In this document: positions 38,701 to 52,800 of the stretch, one piece after another
Layout: the number at the start of each line of letters is the position of its first letter
Numbering within the stretch: the stretch's first letter is position 1
Source of the DNA: Eledone cirrhosa
Taxonomy: Eukaryota
DNA length: 64,000 nt
Direction: 5' to 3'
Assembly (NCBI GenBank): GCA_964016885.1
Contig: OZ024752.1
Location: 20,584,001-20,648,000, forward strand
The notes under the pieces: generated by a model
Databases searched by the model: none
The model's input: the letters and a program-made list of their open reading frames with translations, nothing else
Told to the model about the DNA's origin: nothing
Translations under genes and position numbers: made by a program

Positions 38701-41700
38701 AGTTACACTATCTCCTCCCTTACACTAGTTACACTATCTCCTCCCTTACACTAGTTACACTATCTCTTCCCTTACACTAGTCACACTATCTCCTCCCTTA
38801 CACTAGTCACACTATCTCCCTAACACTAGTTACACTATCTCCTCCCTTACACTAGTTACACTATCTCCTCCCTTACACTAGTTACACTATCTACTCCCTT
38901 ACACTAGTCACACTATCTCCCTTACACTAGTTACACTATCTCCTCCCTTACACTAGTCACACTATCTCCCTTACACTAGTCACACTATCTCCTCCCTTAC
39001 ACTAGTTACACTATCTCCTCCCTTACACTAGTTACACTATCTCTTCCCTTACACTAGTCACACTATCTCCTCCCTTACACTAGTTACACTATCTCCTCCC
39101 TTACACTAGTCACACTATCTCCCTTACACTAGTTACACTATCTCCTCCCTTACACTAGTCACACTATCTCCTCCCTTACACTAGTTACACTATCTCCTCC
39201 CTTACACTAGTTACACTATCTCCTCCTTTACACTAGTTACACTATCTCTTCCCTTACACTATTTACACTATCTCCCTTACACTAGTTACACTATCTCCTC
39301 CCTTACACTAGTTACACTATCTCCTCCATTACACTAGTTACACTATCTCCTCCCTTACACTAGTCACACTATCTCCTCCCTTACACTAGTTACACTATCT
39401 CCTCCCTTACACTAGTTACACTATCTCCTCCCTTACACTAGTTACACTATCTCTTCCCTTACACTAGTTACACTATCTCCTCCCTTACACTAGTTACACT
39501 ATCTCTTCCCTTACACTAGTTACACTATCTCCTCCCTTACACTAGTTACACTATCTCCTCCCTTACACTAGTCACACTATCTCCTCCCTTACACTAGTCA
39601 CACTATCTCCCTTACACTAGTCACACTATCTCCTCCCTTACACTAGTTACACTATCTCCTCCCTTACACTAGTCACACTATCTCCTCCCTTACACTAGTT
39701 ACTCCATCTCCTCCCTTACACTAGTCACACTATCTCCCTTACACTAGTTACACTATCTCCTCCCTTACACTAGTCACACTATCTCCTCCCTTACACTAAT
39801 CACACTATCTCCTCCCTTACACTAGTTACACTATCTCCTCCCTTACACTAGTTACACTATCTCCCTTACACTAGTTACTCCATCTCCTCCCTTACACTAG
39901 TCACTCCATCTCCTCCCTTACACTAGTCACACTATCTCCCTTACACTAGTTACGCTATCTCCTCCCTTACACTAGTCACACTATCTCCTCCCTTACACTA
40001 GTTACACTATCTCTTCCCTCACACTAGTTACACTATCTCCTCCCTTACACTAGTCACACTATCTCCTCCCTTACACTAGTTACTCCATCTCCTCCCTTAC
40101 ACTAGTCACACTATCTCCCTTACACTAGTTACGCTATCTCCTCCCTTACACTAGTCACACTATCTCCCTTACACTAGTCACACTATCTCCTCCCTTACAC
40201 TAGTTACACTATCTCCTCCCTTACACTAGTTACACTATCTCCTCCCTTACACTAGTTACACTATCTCTTCCCTTACACTAGTCACACTATCTCCTCCCTT
40301 ACACTAGTCACACTATCTCCCTTACACTAGTTACACTATCTCCTCCCTTACACTAGTTACACTATCTCCTCCCTTACACTAGTTACACTATCTCCTCCCT
40401 TACACTAGTCACACTATCTCCGTTACACTAGTTACACTATCTCCTCCCTTACACTAGTTACACTATCTCCTCCCTTACACTAGTCACACTATCTCCCTTA
40501 CACTAGTCACACTATCTCCTCCCTTACACTAGTTACACTATCTCCTCCCTTACACTAGTTACACTATCTCTTCCCTTACACTAGTTACACTATCTCCTCC
40601 CTTACACTAGTTACACTATCTCCTCCCTTACACTAGTCACACTATCTCCCTTACACTAGTTACACTATCTCCTCCCTTACACTAGTTACACTATCTCCTC
40701 CCTTACACTAGTCACACTAACTCCCTTACACTAGTCACACTATGTCCTCCCTTACACTAGTTACACTATCTCCTCCCTTACACTAGTCACACTATCTCCC
40801 TTACACTAGTTACACTATCTCCTCCCTTACACTAGTTACACTATCTCCTCCCTTACACTAGTTACACTATCTCTTCCCTTACACTAGTCACACTATCTCC
40901 TCCCTTACACTAGTCACACTATCTCCCTAACACTAGTTACACTATCTCCTCCCTTACACTAGTTACACTATCTCCTCCCTTACACTAGTTACACTATCTA
41001 CTCCCTTACACTAGTCACACTATCTCCCTTACACTAGTTACACTATCTCCTCCCTTACACTAGTCACACTATCTCCCTTACACTAGTCACACTATCTCCT
41101 CCCTTACACTAGTTACACTATCTCCTCCCTTACACTAGTTACACTATCTCTTCCCTTACACTAGTCACACTATCTCCTCCCTTACACTAGTTACACTATC
41201 TCCTCCCTTACACTAGTCACACTATCTCCCTTACACTAGTTACACTATCTCCTCCCTTACACTAGTCACACTATCTCCTCCCTTACACTAGTTACACTAT
41301 CTCCTCCCTTACACTAGTTACACTATCTCCTCCTTTACACTAGTTACACTATCTCTTCCCTTACACTATTTACACTATCTCCCTTACACTAGTTACACTA
41401 TCTCCTCCCTTACACTAGTTACACTATCTCCTCCATTACACTAGTTACACTATCTCCTCCCTTACACTAGTCACACTATCTCCTCCCTTACACTAGTTAC
41501 ACTATCTCCTCCCTTACACTAGTTACACTATCTCCTCCCTTACACTAGTTACACTATCTCTTCCCTTACACTAGTTACACTATCTCCTCCCTTACACTAG
41601 TTACACTATCTCTTCCCTTACACTAGTTACACTATCTCCTCCCTTACACTAGTTACACTATCTCCTCCCTTACACTAGTCACACTATCTCCTCCCTTACA

Positions 41701-44700
41701 CTAGTCACACTATCTCCCTTACACTAGTCACACTATCTCCTCCCTTACACTAGTTACACTATCTCCTCCCTTACACTAGTCACACTATCTCCTCCCTTAC
41801 ACTAGTTACTCCATCTCCTCCCTTACACTAGTCACACTATCTCCCTTACACTAGTTACACTATCTCCTCCCTTACACTAGTCACACTATCTCCTCCCTTA
41901 CACTAATCACACTATCTCCTCCCTTACACTAGTTACACTATCTCCTCCCTTACACTAGTTACACTATCTCCCTTACACTAGTTACTCCATCTCCTCCCTT
42001 ACACTAGTCACTCCATCTCCTCCCTTACACTAGTCACACTATCTCCCTTACACTAGTTACGCTATCTCCTCCCTTACACTAGTCACACTATCTCCTCCCT
42101 TACACTAGTTACACTATCTCTTCCCTCACACTAGTTACACTATCTCCTCCCTTACACTAGTCACACTATCTCCTCCCTTACACTAGTTACTCCATCTCCT
42201 CCCTTACACTAGTCACACTATCTCCCTTACACTAGTTACGCTATCTCCTCCCTTACACTAGTCACACTATCTCCCTTACACTAGTCACACTATCTCCTCC
42301 CTTACACTAGTTACACTATCTCCTCCCTTACACTAGTTACACTATCTCCTCCCTTACACTAGTTACACTATCTCTTCCCTTACACTAGTCACACTATCTC
42401 CTCCCTTACACTAGTCACACTATCTCCCTTACACTAGTTACACTATCTCCTCCCTTACACTAGTTACACTATCTCCTCCCTTACACTAGTTACACTATCT
42501 CCTCCCTTACACTAGTCACACTATCTCCGTTACACTAGTTACACTATCTCCTCCCTTACACTAGTTACACTATCTCCTCCCTTACACTAGTCACACTATC
42601 TCCCTTACACTAGTCACACTATCTCCTCCCTTACACTAGTTACACTATCTCCTCCCTTACACTAGTTACACTATCTCTTCCCTTACACTAGTTACACTAT
42701 CTCCTCCCTTACACTAGTTACACTATCTCCTCCCTTACACTAGTCACACTATCTCCCTTACACTAGTTACACTATCTCCTCCCTTACACTAGTTACACTA
42801 TCTCCTCCCTTACACTAGTCACACTAACTCCCTTACACTAGTCACACTATGTCCTCCCTTACACTAGTTACACTATCTCCTCCCTTACACTAGTTACACT
42901 ATCTCTTCCCTTACACTAGTTACACTATCTCCTCCCTTACACTAGTCACACTATCTCCCTTACACTAGTTACGCTATCTCCCTTACACTAGTCACACTAT
43001 CTCCTCCCTTACACTAGTTACACTATCTCCTCCCTTACACTAGTTACACTATCTCTTCCCTTACACTAGTCACACTATCTCCTCCCTTACACTAGTCACA
43101 CTATCTCCCTTACACTAGTCACACTATCTCCTCCCTTACACTAGTTACACTATCTCCTCCCTTACACTAGTTACACTATCTCTTCCCTTACACTAGTCAC
43201 ACTATCTCCTCCCTTACACTAGTCACACTATCTCCTCCCTTACACTAGTTACTCCATCTCCTCCCTTACACTAGTTACACTATCTCCCTTACACTAGTTA
43301 CACTATCTCCTCCCTTACACTAGTTACACTATCTCCTCCCTTACACTAGTCACACTATCTCCTCCCTTACACTAGTTACACTATCTCCTCCCTTACACTA
43401 GTCACACTATCTCCCTTACACTAGTCACACTATCTCCTCCCTTACACTAGTTACACTATCTCCTCCCTTACACTAGTCACACTATCTCCTCCCTTACACT
43501 AGTTACACTATCTCCTCCCTTACACTAGTCACACTATCTCCCTTACACTAGTTACACTATCTCCTCCCTTACACTAGTCACACTATCTCCTCCCTTACAC
43601 TAGTTACACTATCTCCTCCCTTACACTAGTTACACTATCTCCTCCTTTACACTAGTTACACTATCTCTTCCCTTACACTATTTACACTATCTCCCTTACA
43701 CTAGTTACACTATCTCCTCCCTTACACTAGTTACACTATCTCCTCCATTACACTAGTTACACTATCTCCTCCCTTACACTAGTCACACTATCTCCTCCCT
43801 TACACTAGTTACACTATCTCCTCCCTTACACTAGTTACACTATCTCCTCCCTTACACTAGTTACACTATCTCTTCCCTTACACTAGTTACACTATCTCCT
43901 CCCTTACACTAGTTACACTATCTCTTCCCTTACACTAGTTACACTATCTCCTCCCTTACACTAGTTACACTATCTCCTCCCTTACACTAGTCACACTATC
44001 TCCTCCCTTACACTAGTCACACTATCTCCCTTACACTAGTCACACTATCTCCTCCCTTACACTAGTTACACTATCTCCTCCCTTACACTAGTCACACTAT
44101 CTCCTCCCTTACACTAGTTACTCCATCTCCTCCCTTACACTAGTCACACTATCTCCCTTACACTAGTTACACTATCTCCTCCCTTACACTAGTCACACTA
44201 TCTCCTCCCTTACACTAATCACACTATCTCCTCCCTTACACTAGTTACACTATCTCCTCCCTTACACTAGTTACACTATCTCCCTTACACTAGTTACTCC
44301 ATCTCCTCCCTTACACTAGTCACTCCATCTCCTCCCTTACACTAGTCACACTATCTCCCTTACACTAGTTACGCTATCTCCTCCCTTACACTAGTCACAC
44401 TATCTCCTCCCTTACACTAGTTACACTATCTCTTCCCTCACACTAGTTACACTATCTCCTCCCTTACACTAGTTACTCCATCTCCTCCCTTACACTAGTC
44501 ACACTATCTCCCTTACACTAGTTACGCTATCTCCTCCCTTACACTAGTCACACTATCTCCCTTACACTAGTCACACTATCTCCTCCCTTACACTAGTTAC
44601 ACTATCTCCTCCCTTACACTAGTTACACTATCTCCTCCCTTACACTAGTTACACTATCTCTTCCCTTACACTAGTCACACTATCTCCTCCCTTACACTAG

Positions 44701-47700
44701 TCACACTATCTCCCTTACACTAGTTACACTATCTCCTCCCTTACACTAGTTACACTATCTCCTCCCTTACACTAGTTACACTATCTCCTCCCTTACACTA
44801 GTCACACTATCTCCGTTACACTAGTTACACTATCTCCTCCCTTACACTAGTTACACTATCTCCTCCCTTACACTAGTCACACTATCTCCCTTACACTAGT
44901 CACACTATCTCCTCCCTTACACTAGTTACACTATCTCCTCCCTTACACTAGTTACACTATCTCTTCCCTTACACTAGTTACACTATCTCCTCCCTTACAC
45001 TAGTTACACTATCTCCTCCCTTACACTAGTCACACTATCTCCCTTACACTAGTTACACTATCTCCTCCCTTACACTAGTTACACTATCTCCTCCCTTACA
45101 CTAGTCACACTAACTCCCTTACACTAGTCACACTATGTCCTCCCTTACACTAGTTACACTATCTCCTCCCTTACACTAGTTACACTATCTCTTCCCTTAC
45201 ACTAGTTACACTATCTCCTCCCTTACACTAGTCACACTATCTCCCTTACACTAGTTACGCTATCTCCCTTACACTAGTCACACTATCTCCTCCCTTACAC
45301 TAGTTACACTATCTCCTCCCTTACACTAGTTACACTATCTCTTCCCTTACACTAGTCACACTATCTCCTCCCTTACACTAGTCACACTATCTCCCTTACA
45401 CTAGTCACACTATCTCCTCCCTTACACTAGTTACACTATCTCCTCCCTTACACTAGTTACACTATCTCTTCCCTTACACTAGTCACACTATCTCCTCCCT
45501 TACACTAGTCACACTATCTCCTCCCTTACACTAGTTACTCCATCTCCTCCCTTACACTAGTTACACTATCTCCCTTACACTAGTTACACTATCTCCTCCC
45601 TTACACTAGTTACACTATCTCCTCCCTTACACTAGTCACACTATCTCCTCCCTTACACTAGTTACACTATCTCCTCCCTTACACTAGTCACACTATCTCC
45701 CTTACACTAGTCACACTATCTCCTCCCTTACACTAGTTACACTATCTCCTCCCTTACAGTAGTCACACTATCTCCTCCCTTACACTAGTTACTCCATCTC
45801 CTCCCTTACACTAGTCACACTATCTCCCTTACACTAGTCACACTATCTCCTCCCTTACACTAGTTACACTATCTCCTCCCTTACACTAGTTACACTATCT
45901 CCTCCCTTACACTAGTCACACTATCTCCTCCCTTACACTAGTTACACTATCTCCTCCCTTACACTAGTCACACTATCTCCTCCCTTACACTAGTCACACT
46001 ATCTCCTCCCTTACACTAGTCACACTATCTCCCTTCCACTAGTTACACTATCTCCTCTCTTACACTAGTCACACTATCTCCTTTACACTAGTCACACTAT
46101 CTCCCTTACACTAGTCACACTATCTCCTCCATTACACTAGTCACACTATCTCCCTTACACTAGTCACACTATCTCCTCCCTTACACTAGTCACACTATCT
46201 CCTCCCTTACACTAGTTACACTATCTCCTCCCTTACACTAGTTACACTATCTCCTCCCTTACACTAGTCACACTATCTCCTCCCTTACACTAGTCACACT
46301 ATCTCCTCCCTTACACTAGTCACACTATCTCCTCCCTTACACTAGTCACACTATGTCCTCCCTTACACTAGTCACACTATCTCCTCCCTTACACTAGTCA
46401 CACTATCTCCTCCCTTACACTAGTCACACTATCTCCTCCCTTACACTAGTCACACTATCTCCTCCCTTACACTAGTCACACTATCTCCTCCCTTACACTA
46501 GTCACACTATCTCCTCCCTTACACTAGTCACACTATCTCCCTTACACTAGTCACACTATCTCCCTTACACTAGTCACACTATCTCCCTTACACTAGTCAC
46601 ACTATCTCCTCCCTTACACTAGTCACACTATCTCCCTTACACTAGTCACACTATCTCTTCCATTACACTAGTCACACTATCTCCCTTACACTAGTCACAC
46701 TATCTCCTCCCTTACACTAGTCACACTATCTCCTCCCTTACACTAGTCACACTATCTCCCTTACACTAGTCACACTATCTCCTCCCTTACACTAGTCACA
46801 CTATCTCCTCCCTTACACTAGTCACACTATCTCCTCCTTTACACTAGTTACACTATCTCCCTTACACTAGTCACACTATCTCCTCCCTTACACTAGTCAC
46901 ACTATCTCCCTTACACTAGTTACACTATCTCCTCCCTTACACTAGTCACACTATCTCCTCCCTTACACTAGTTACACTATCTCCCTTACACTAGTCACAC
47001 TATCTCCTCCCTTACACTAGTCACACTATCTCCCTTACACTAGTTACATTATCTCCTCCCTTACACTAGTCACACTATCTCCTCCCTTACACTAGTCACA
47101 CTATCTCCTCCCTTACACTAGTCACACTATCTCCCTTACACTAGTCACACTATCTCCTCCCTTACACTAGTGACACTATCTCCTCCCTTACACTAGTCAC
47201 ACTATATCCCTTACACTAGTCACACTATCTCCTCCCTTACACTAGTTACACTATCTCCTCCCTTACACTAGTCACACTATCTCCTCCCTTACACTAGTCA
47301 CACTATCTCCTCCCTTACACTAGTCACACTATCTCCTCCCTTACACTAGTCACACTATATCCCTTACACTAGTCACACTATCTTCTCCCTGACACTAGTT
47401 ACCCTATCTCCTCCCTTACACTAGTCACACTATCTCCTCCCTTACACTAGTCACACTATCTCCCTTACACTAGTCACACTATCTCCCTTACACTAGTCAC
47501 ACTATCTCCTCCCTTACACTAGTCACACTATCTCCCTTACACTAGTCACACTATCTCCTCCATTACACTAGTCTCACTATCTCCCTTACACTAGTCACAC
47601 TATCTCCTCCCTTACACTAGTCACTATCTCCTCCCTTACACTAGTCACACTATCTCCTCCCTTACACTAGTCACACTATCTCCTCCCTTACACTAGTCAC

Positions 47701-48557
47701 ACTATCTCCTCCCTTACACTAATTGCACTATCTCCTCTCTTAAACTAGTCACACTATCTCCTCCCTTACACTAGTCACACTATCTCCCTTACACTAGTCA
47801 CACTATCTCCTCCCTTACACTAGTCACACTATCTCCCTTACACTAGTCACACTATCTCCTCCCTTACACTAGTTACACTATCTCCTCCATTACACTAGTT
47901 ACACTATCTCCTCCCTTACACTAGTTACACTATCTCCTCCCTTACACTAGTCACACTATCTCCCTTACACTAGTCACACTATCTCCCTTACACTAGTCAC
48001 ACTATCTCCCTTACACTAGTCACACTATCTCTTCCCTTACACTAGTCACACTATCTCCTCCCTTACACTAGTCACACTATCTCCCTTACACTAGTCACAC
48101 TACCTCCTCCCTTACACTAGTCACACTATCTCCTCCCTTACACTAGTCACACTATCTCCCTTACACTAGTCACACTATCTCCCTTACACTAGTCACACTA
48201 TCTCTTCCCTTACACTAGTCACACTATCTCCTCCCTTACACTAGTCACACTATCTCCCTTACACTAGTCACACTACCTCCTCCCTTACACTAGTCACACT
48301 ATTGCTTCCCTTACACTAGTCACACTATCTCCTCCCTTACACTAGTTACACTATCTCCTCCCTTACACTAGTGACACTATCTCCCTTACACTAGTCACAC
48401 TATCTCCTCCCTTACACTAGTCACACTACCTCCTCCCTTACACTAGTCACACTATCTCCTCTCTCACCTTAATTAAACTGTCTATTAACATTAGTTAAAG
48501 TTTGTACTTCCATATATTAATTACAATCTATAATTGTTTGTGTATTTTTCATTACAG

Positions 48558-48771
48558 TTTATACCAGAACATGTAGGTTGCTGTGCAGAGCCTTTGGAAC
48601 ATGATGTTACCATTGGAACAATACCTTACACAGGCACCTCTCAACTACAATCAGAAGTTGATGCTGGGTTGCAGGCTGCAACAAACATACCACCATCTCC
48701 AGTCATCAGCACCCAGCCTGGTCAAATGGCTCCACCTCCTCCAGGGTTCATTACAGATTTACCCTCCCTAG
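48558..48771 (+). CDS. Alpha-arrestin internal coding exon C
   Basis: Acceptor tttttcattacag|TTT, donor CTAG|gtagtt, 214 nt, phase 0/1. Translates as FIPEHVGCCAEPLEHDVTIGTIPYTG...MAPPPPGFITDLPSL. The VTIGTIP motif ends Arrestin_C. In frame with exon B. Confidence 0.88.
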
Positions 48772-49050
48772 GTAGTTTGATACTTTTGTATATTTGTTAT
48801 GTGGAATGTAAGACTCCTTTTCACTCTCCAGTGGTTTACATGGTACTGATATTTTCATTGTAAATATTTTCCCTTCTCTGGACATATCTACACTTTTCTA
48901 GCATCAGTTAGCTGCTGTTGTTGTTGAGGTTGTTGTGTTGACCCTGGTCAGTTCTGATCCAGACTGCTGTCTTGTGGCTTGCATGTAAACAACAAAATGA
49001 CTAGGTTACAGCACACAGATCTGTTGTTGCAATTATAACCATACTGCACA

Positions 49051-49355
49051 CTCTTCTTGTCATGTCCACAAGAATGTCGGCTACAAAGCTTGGCTAGATG
49101 TGGTTCTGCCACAGCTGAACACATTGCTGTCCTTTCTCATTAAACTCTGCCAAGTCCAATGCTGTGCAGGGGTGTTCCAGCAGGGGCCATATCAGGAAGG
49201 GCTGCGTAGTCTGTGGTTTGATGCCGCAGTCACATACAACGTTCCCATGTTTTAAATATTTGCAAGAGTGACTTTTGCAAACACCAGTCTTTAGTCTGTT
49301 TAGGCATTTCCACATTCTGACATGCAGTGACAGACCAGATGTGTAAGACACCCTC
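49051..49355 (-). mobile_element. 3' fragment of an Ingi/Vingi-like (I-group) LINE
   Basis: ORF 49094-49351 reads WKCLNRLKTGV...CDCGIKPQT..(degenerate CCHC)..CTALDLAEFN..W..*, followed by a short 3' UTR and an AAG-type tail (gacatgacaagaagag). Confidence 0.75.
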
Positions 49356-49478
49356 TATTGTTCAGTCTATTTCTATAGACCTGTAAATGATAATAGTGAC
49401 CACCTAACTTTAACTAGCTAGGAAAACAAGTGTTGTATGATGATGATGACAGGCAGGCAAAGTGGACTCACACAGCAC

Positions 49479-49624
49479 TTGTTGTTATTCTGTATTTGTT
49501 ATTGGTGGTGTGTATCCCAGCAGACCATTTGGTGTTGATAAGGTTATTGTTGTTGTTCTGTATTTGTTATTGGTGGAGTGTATCCCAGCAGACCATTTGG
49601 TGTTGATAAGGTTATTGTTGTTGC
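49479..49624. repeat. Two-copy 68-bp tandem duplication
   Basis: ctgtatttgttattggtgg[t/a]gtgtatcccagcagaccatttggtgttgataaggttattgttgttg at 49490 and 49558. Confidence 0.92.
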
Positions 49625-49816
49625 AGCTATTTCTTCTCTTTGTGTTTTGTTATGTTTATCTGAGTTTGGACAACAAGGCAGGGCCCATGGCCATCGCAAG
49701 CCCTCTATAGAGGTTAGTGCTGGACATGGGGATTTAGACATGACTTGACGGATAATAGGAAAAGAAATGAATGAGTAAAGAGTGTCTCGGTGGTTGTGAC
49801 ACAAGACCAGCCAGCT

Positions 49817-52800
49817 CCTTAGGTGACATGTATGTCATGTCTGTGACCTAGGGGACATGTATGTCATATCTGTGACCTAGGTGACATGTTTGTCATATCT
49901 GTGACCTAGGTGACATTTATGTCATGTTTGTGACCTAGGGGACATGTATGTCATGTATGTGACCTAGGTGACATGTATTTGTCATGTCTGTGACCTAGGG
50001 GACATGTATTTGTCATGTCTGTGACCTAGGTTACATGTATGTCATGTCTGTGACCTAGGTGACATGTATGTCATGTCTGTGACCTAGGTGATATGTATGT
50101 CATGTCTGTGACCTAGGTGACATGTTTGTGACCTAGGGGACATGCCTGTAACCTAGGGGACATGTATGTCATGTCTGTGACCTAGGTGACATGTATGTCA
50201 TGTCTGTGACCTAGGTGACATGTATGTCATATCTGTGACCTAGGTGACATGTAGGTCATGTCTGTGACCTAGGTGACATGTTTGTCATATCTGTGACCTA
50301 GGTGACATTTATGTCATGTCTGTGGCCTAGGTGACATGTATGTCATATCTGTGACCTAGGTGACATGTATGTCATGTCTGTGACCTAGGTGACATGTTTG
50401 TCATATCTGTGACCTAGGTGACATTTATGTCATGTCTGTGACCTAGGTGACATGTATGTCATGTCTGTGACCTAGGTGACATGTATGTCATGTCTGTGAC
50501 CTAGGTGACATGTATATCATGTCTGTGACGTAGATGACATGTATTTGTCATGTCTGTGACCTAGAGGACATGTATTTGTCATGTCTGTGACCTAGGTGAC
50601 ATGTATGTCATGTCTGTGACCTAGGTGACCTGTATGTCATGTCTGTGACCTAGGTGACATGTATGTCATGTCTGTGACCTAGGGGACATGTATGTCATGT
50701 CTGAGACCTAGGTGACATGTATGTCATGTCTCTGACCTAGGTGACATGTATGTCATGTCTCTGACCTAGGTGACATGTATGACATGTCTGTGACCTAGGT
50801 GACATGTATTTGTCATGTCTGTGACCTAGGACATGTATGTCATGTCTGACCTAGGTGACATGTATGTCATGTCTGTGACCTAGGGGACATGTATGTCATG
50901 TCTGTGACCTAGGTGACATGTATGTCATGTCTGTGACCTAGGTGACATGTATGTCATGTCTGTGACCTAGGTGACATGTATGTCATGTCTGTGACCTAGG
51001 TGACATGTATGTCATATCTGTGACCTAGGTGACATGTATGTCATGTCTGACCTAGGTGACATGTTTGTCATATCTGTGACCTAGGTGACATTTATGTCAT
51101 GTCTGTGACCTAGGACATGTATGTCATGTCTGACCTAGGTGACATGTATGTCATGTCTGTGACCTAGGGGACATGTATGTCATGTCTGTGACCTAGGTGA
51201 CATGTATGTCATGTCTGTGACCTAGGTGACATGTATGTCATGTCTGTGACCTAGGTGACATGTATGTCATATCTGTGACCTAGGTGACATGTATGTCATG
51301 TCTGACCTAGGTGACATGTTTGTCATATCTGTGACCTAGGTGACATTTATGTCATGTCTGTGACCTAGGTGACATGTATGTCATGTCTGTGACCTAGGGG
51401 ACATGTATGTCATGTCTCTGACCTAGGTGACATGTATGTCATGTCTCTGACCTAGGTGACATGTATGACATGTCTGTGACCTAGGTGACATGTATTTGTC
51501 ATGTCTATGACCTAGGACATGTATGTCATGTCTGACCTAGGTGACATGTATGTCATGTCTGTGACCTAGGGGACATGTATGTCATGTCTGTGACCTAGGT
51601 AACATGTATGTCATGTCTGTGACCTAGGTGACATGTATGTCATGTCTGTGACCTAGGTGACATGTATGTCATATCTGTGACCTAGGTGACATGTATGTCA
51701 TGTCTGACCTAGGTGACATGTTTGTCATATCTGTGACCTAGGTGACATTTATGTCATGTCTGTGACCTAGGACATGTATGTCATGTCTGACCTAGGTGAC
51801 ATGTATGTCATGTCTGTGACCTAGGGGACATGTATGTCATGTCTGTGACCTAGGTGACATGTATGTCATATCTGTGACCTAGGTGACATTTATGTCATGT
51901 CTGTGACCTAGGTGACATGTATGTCATGTCTGTGACCTAGGTGACATGTATCTCATGTCTGTGACATAGGTGACATGTATTTGTCATGTCTGTGACCTAG
52001 GGGACATGTATTTGTCATGTCTGTGACGTAGGTGACATGTATGTCATGTCTGTGACCTAGGTGACATGTTTGTCATATCTGTGACCTAGGTGACATTTAT
52101 GTCATGTCTGTGACCTAGGTGACGTATGTCATGTCTGTGATCTAGGTGACATGTATCTCATGTCTGTGACATAGGTGACATGTATGTCATGTCTGTGACC
52201 TAGGTGACATGTATGTCATGTCTGACCTAGGTGACATGTTTGTCATATCTGTGACCTAGGTGACATTTATGTCATGTCTGTGACCTAGGTGACATGTATG
52301 TCATGTCTGTGACCTAGGGGACATGTATGTCATGTCTGTGACCTAGGTGACATGTATGTCATGTCTGTGACCTAGGTGACATGTATGTCATGTCTGTGAC
52401 CTAGGTGACATGTATGTCATATCTGTGACCTAGGTGACATGTATGTCATGTCTGACCTAGGTGACATGTTTGTCATATCTGTGACCTAGGTGACATTTAT
52501 GTCATGTCTGTGACCTAGGTGACATGTATGTCATGTCTGTGACCTAGGTGACATGTATGCCATGTCTGTGACCTAGGGGACATGTATGTCATGTCTGAGA
52601 CCTAGGTGACATGTATGTCATGTCTCTGACCTAGGTGACATGTATGTCATGTCTCTGACCTAGGTGACATGTATGACATGTCTGTGACCTAGGTGACATG
52701 TATTTGTCATGTCTGTGACCTAGGACATGTATGTCATGTCTGACCTAGGTGACATGTATGTCATGTCTGTGACCTAGGGGACATGTATGTCATGTCTGTG

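Larger units (their letters stand above)
9398..48461. repeat. About 37-kb intronic satellite, 26-bp unit CCTTACACTAGTYACACTATCTCCTC with a 23-bp variant (roughly 1,450-1,500 units), interrupted by the LTR element
   Basis: Direct periodicity, with ACTAGT in nearly every unit. Internal 9-bp subrepeat TTACACTAG/TTACACTAT. Lies within intron 9215-48557. Confidence 0.98.
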
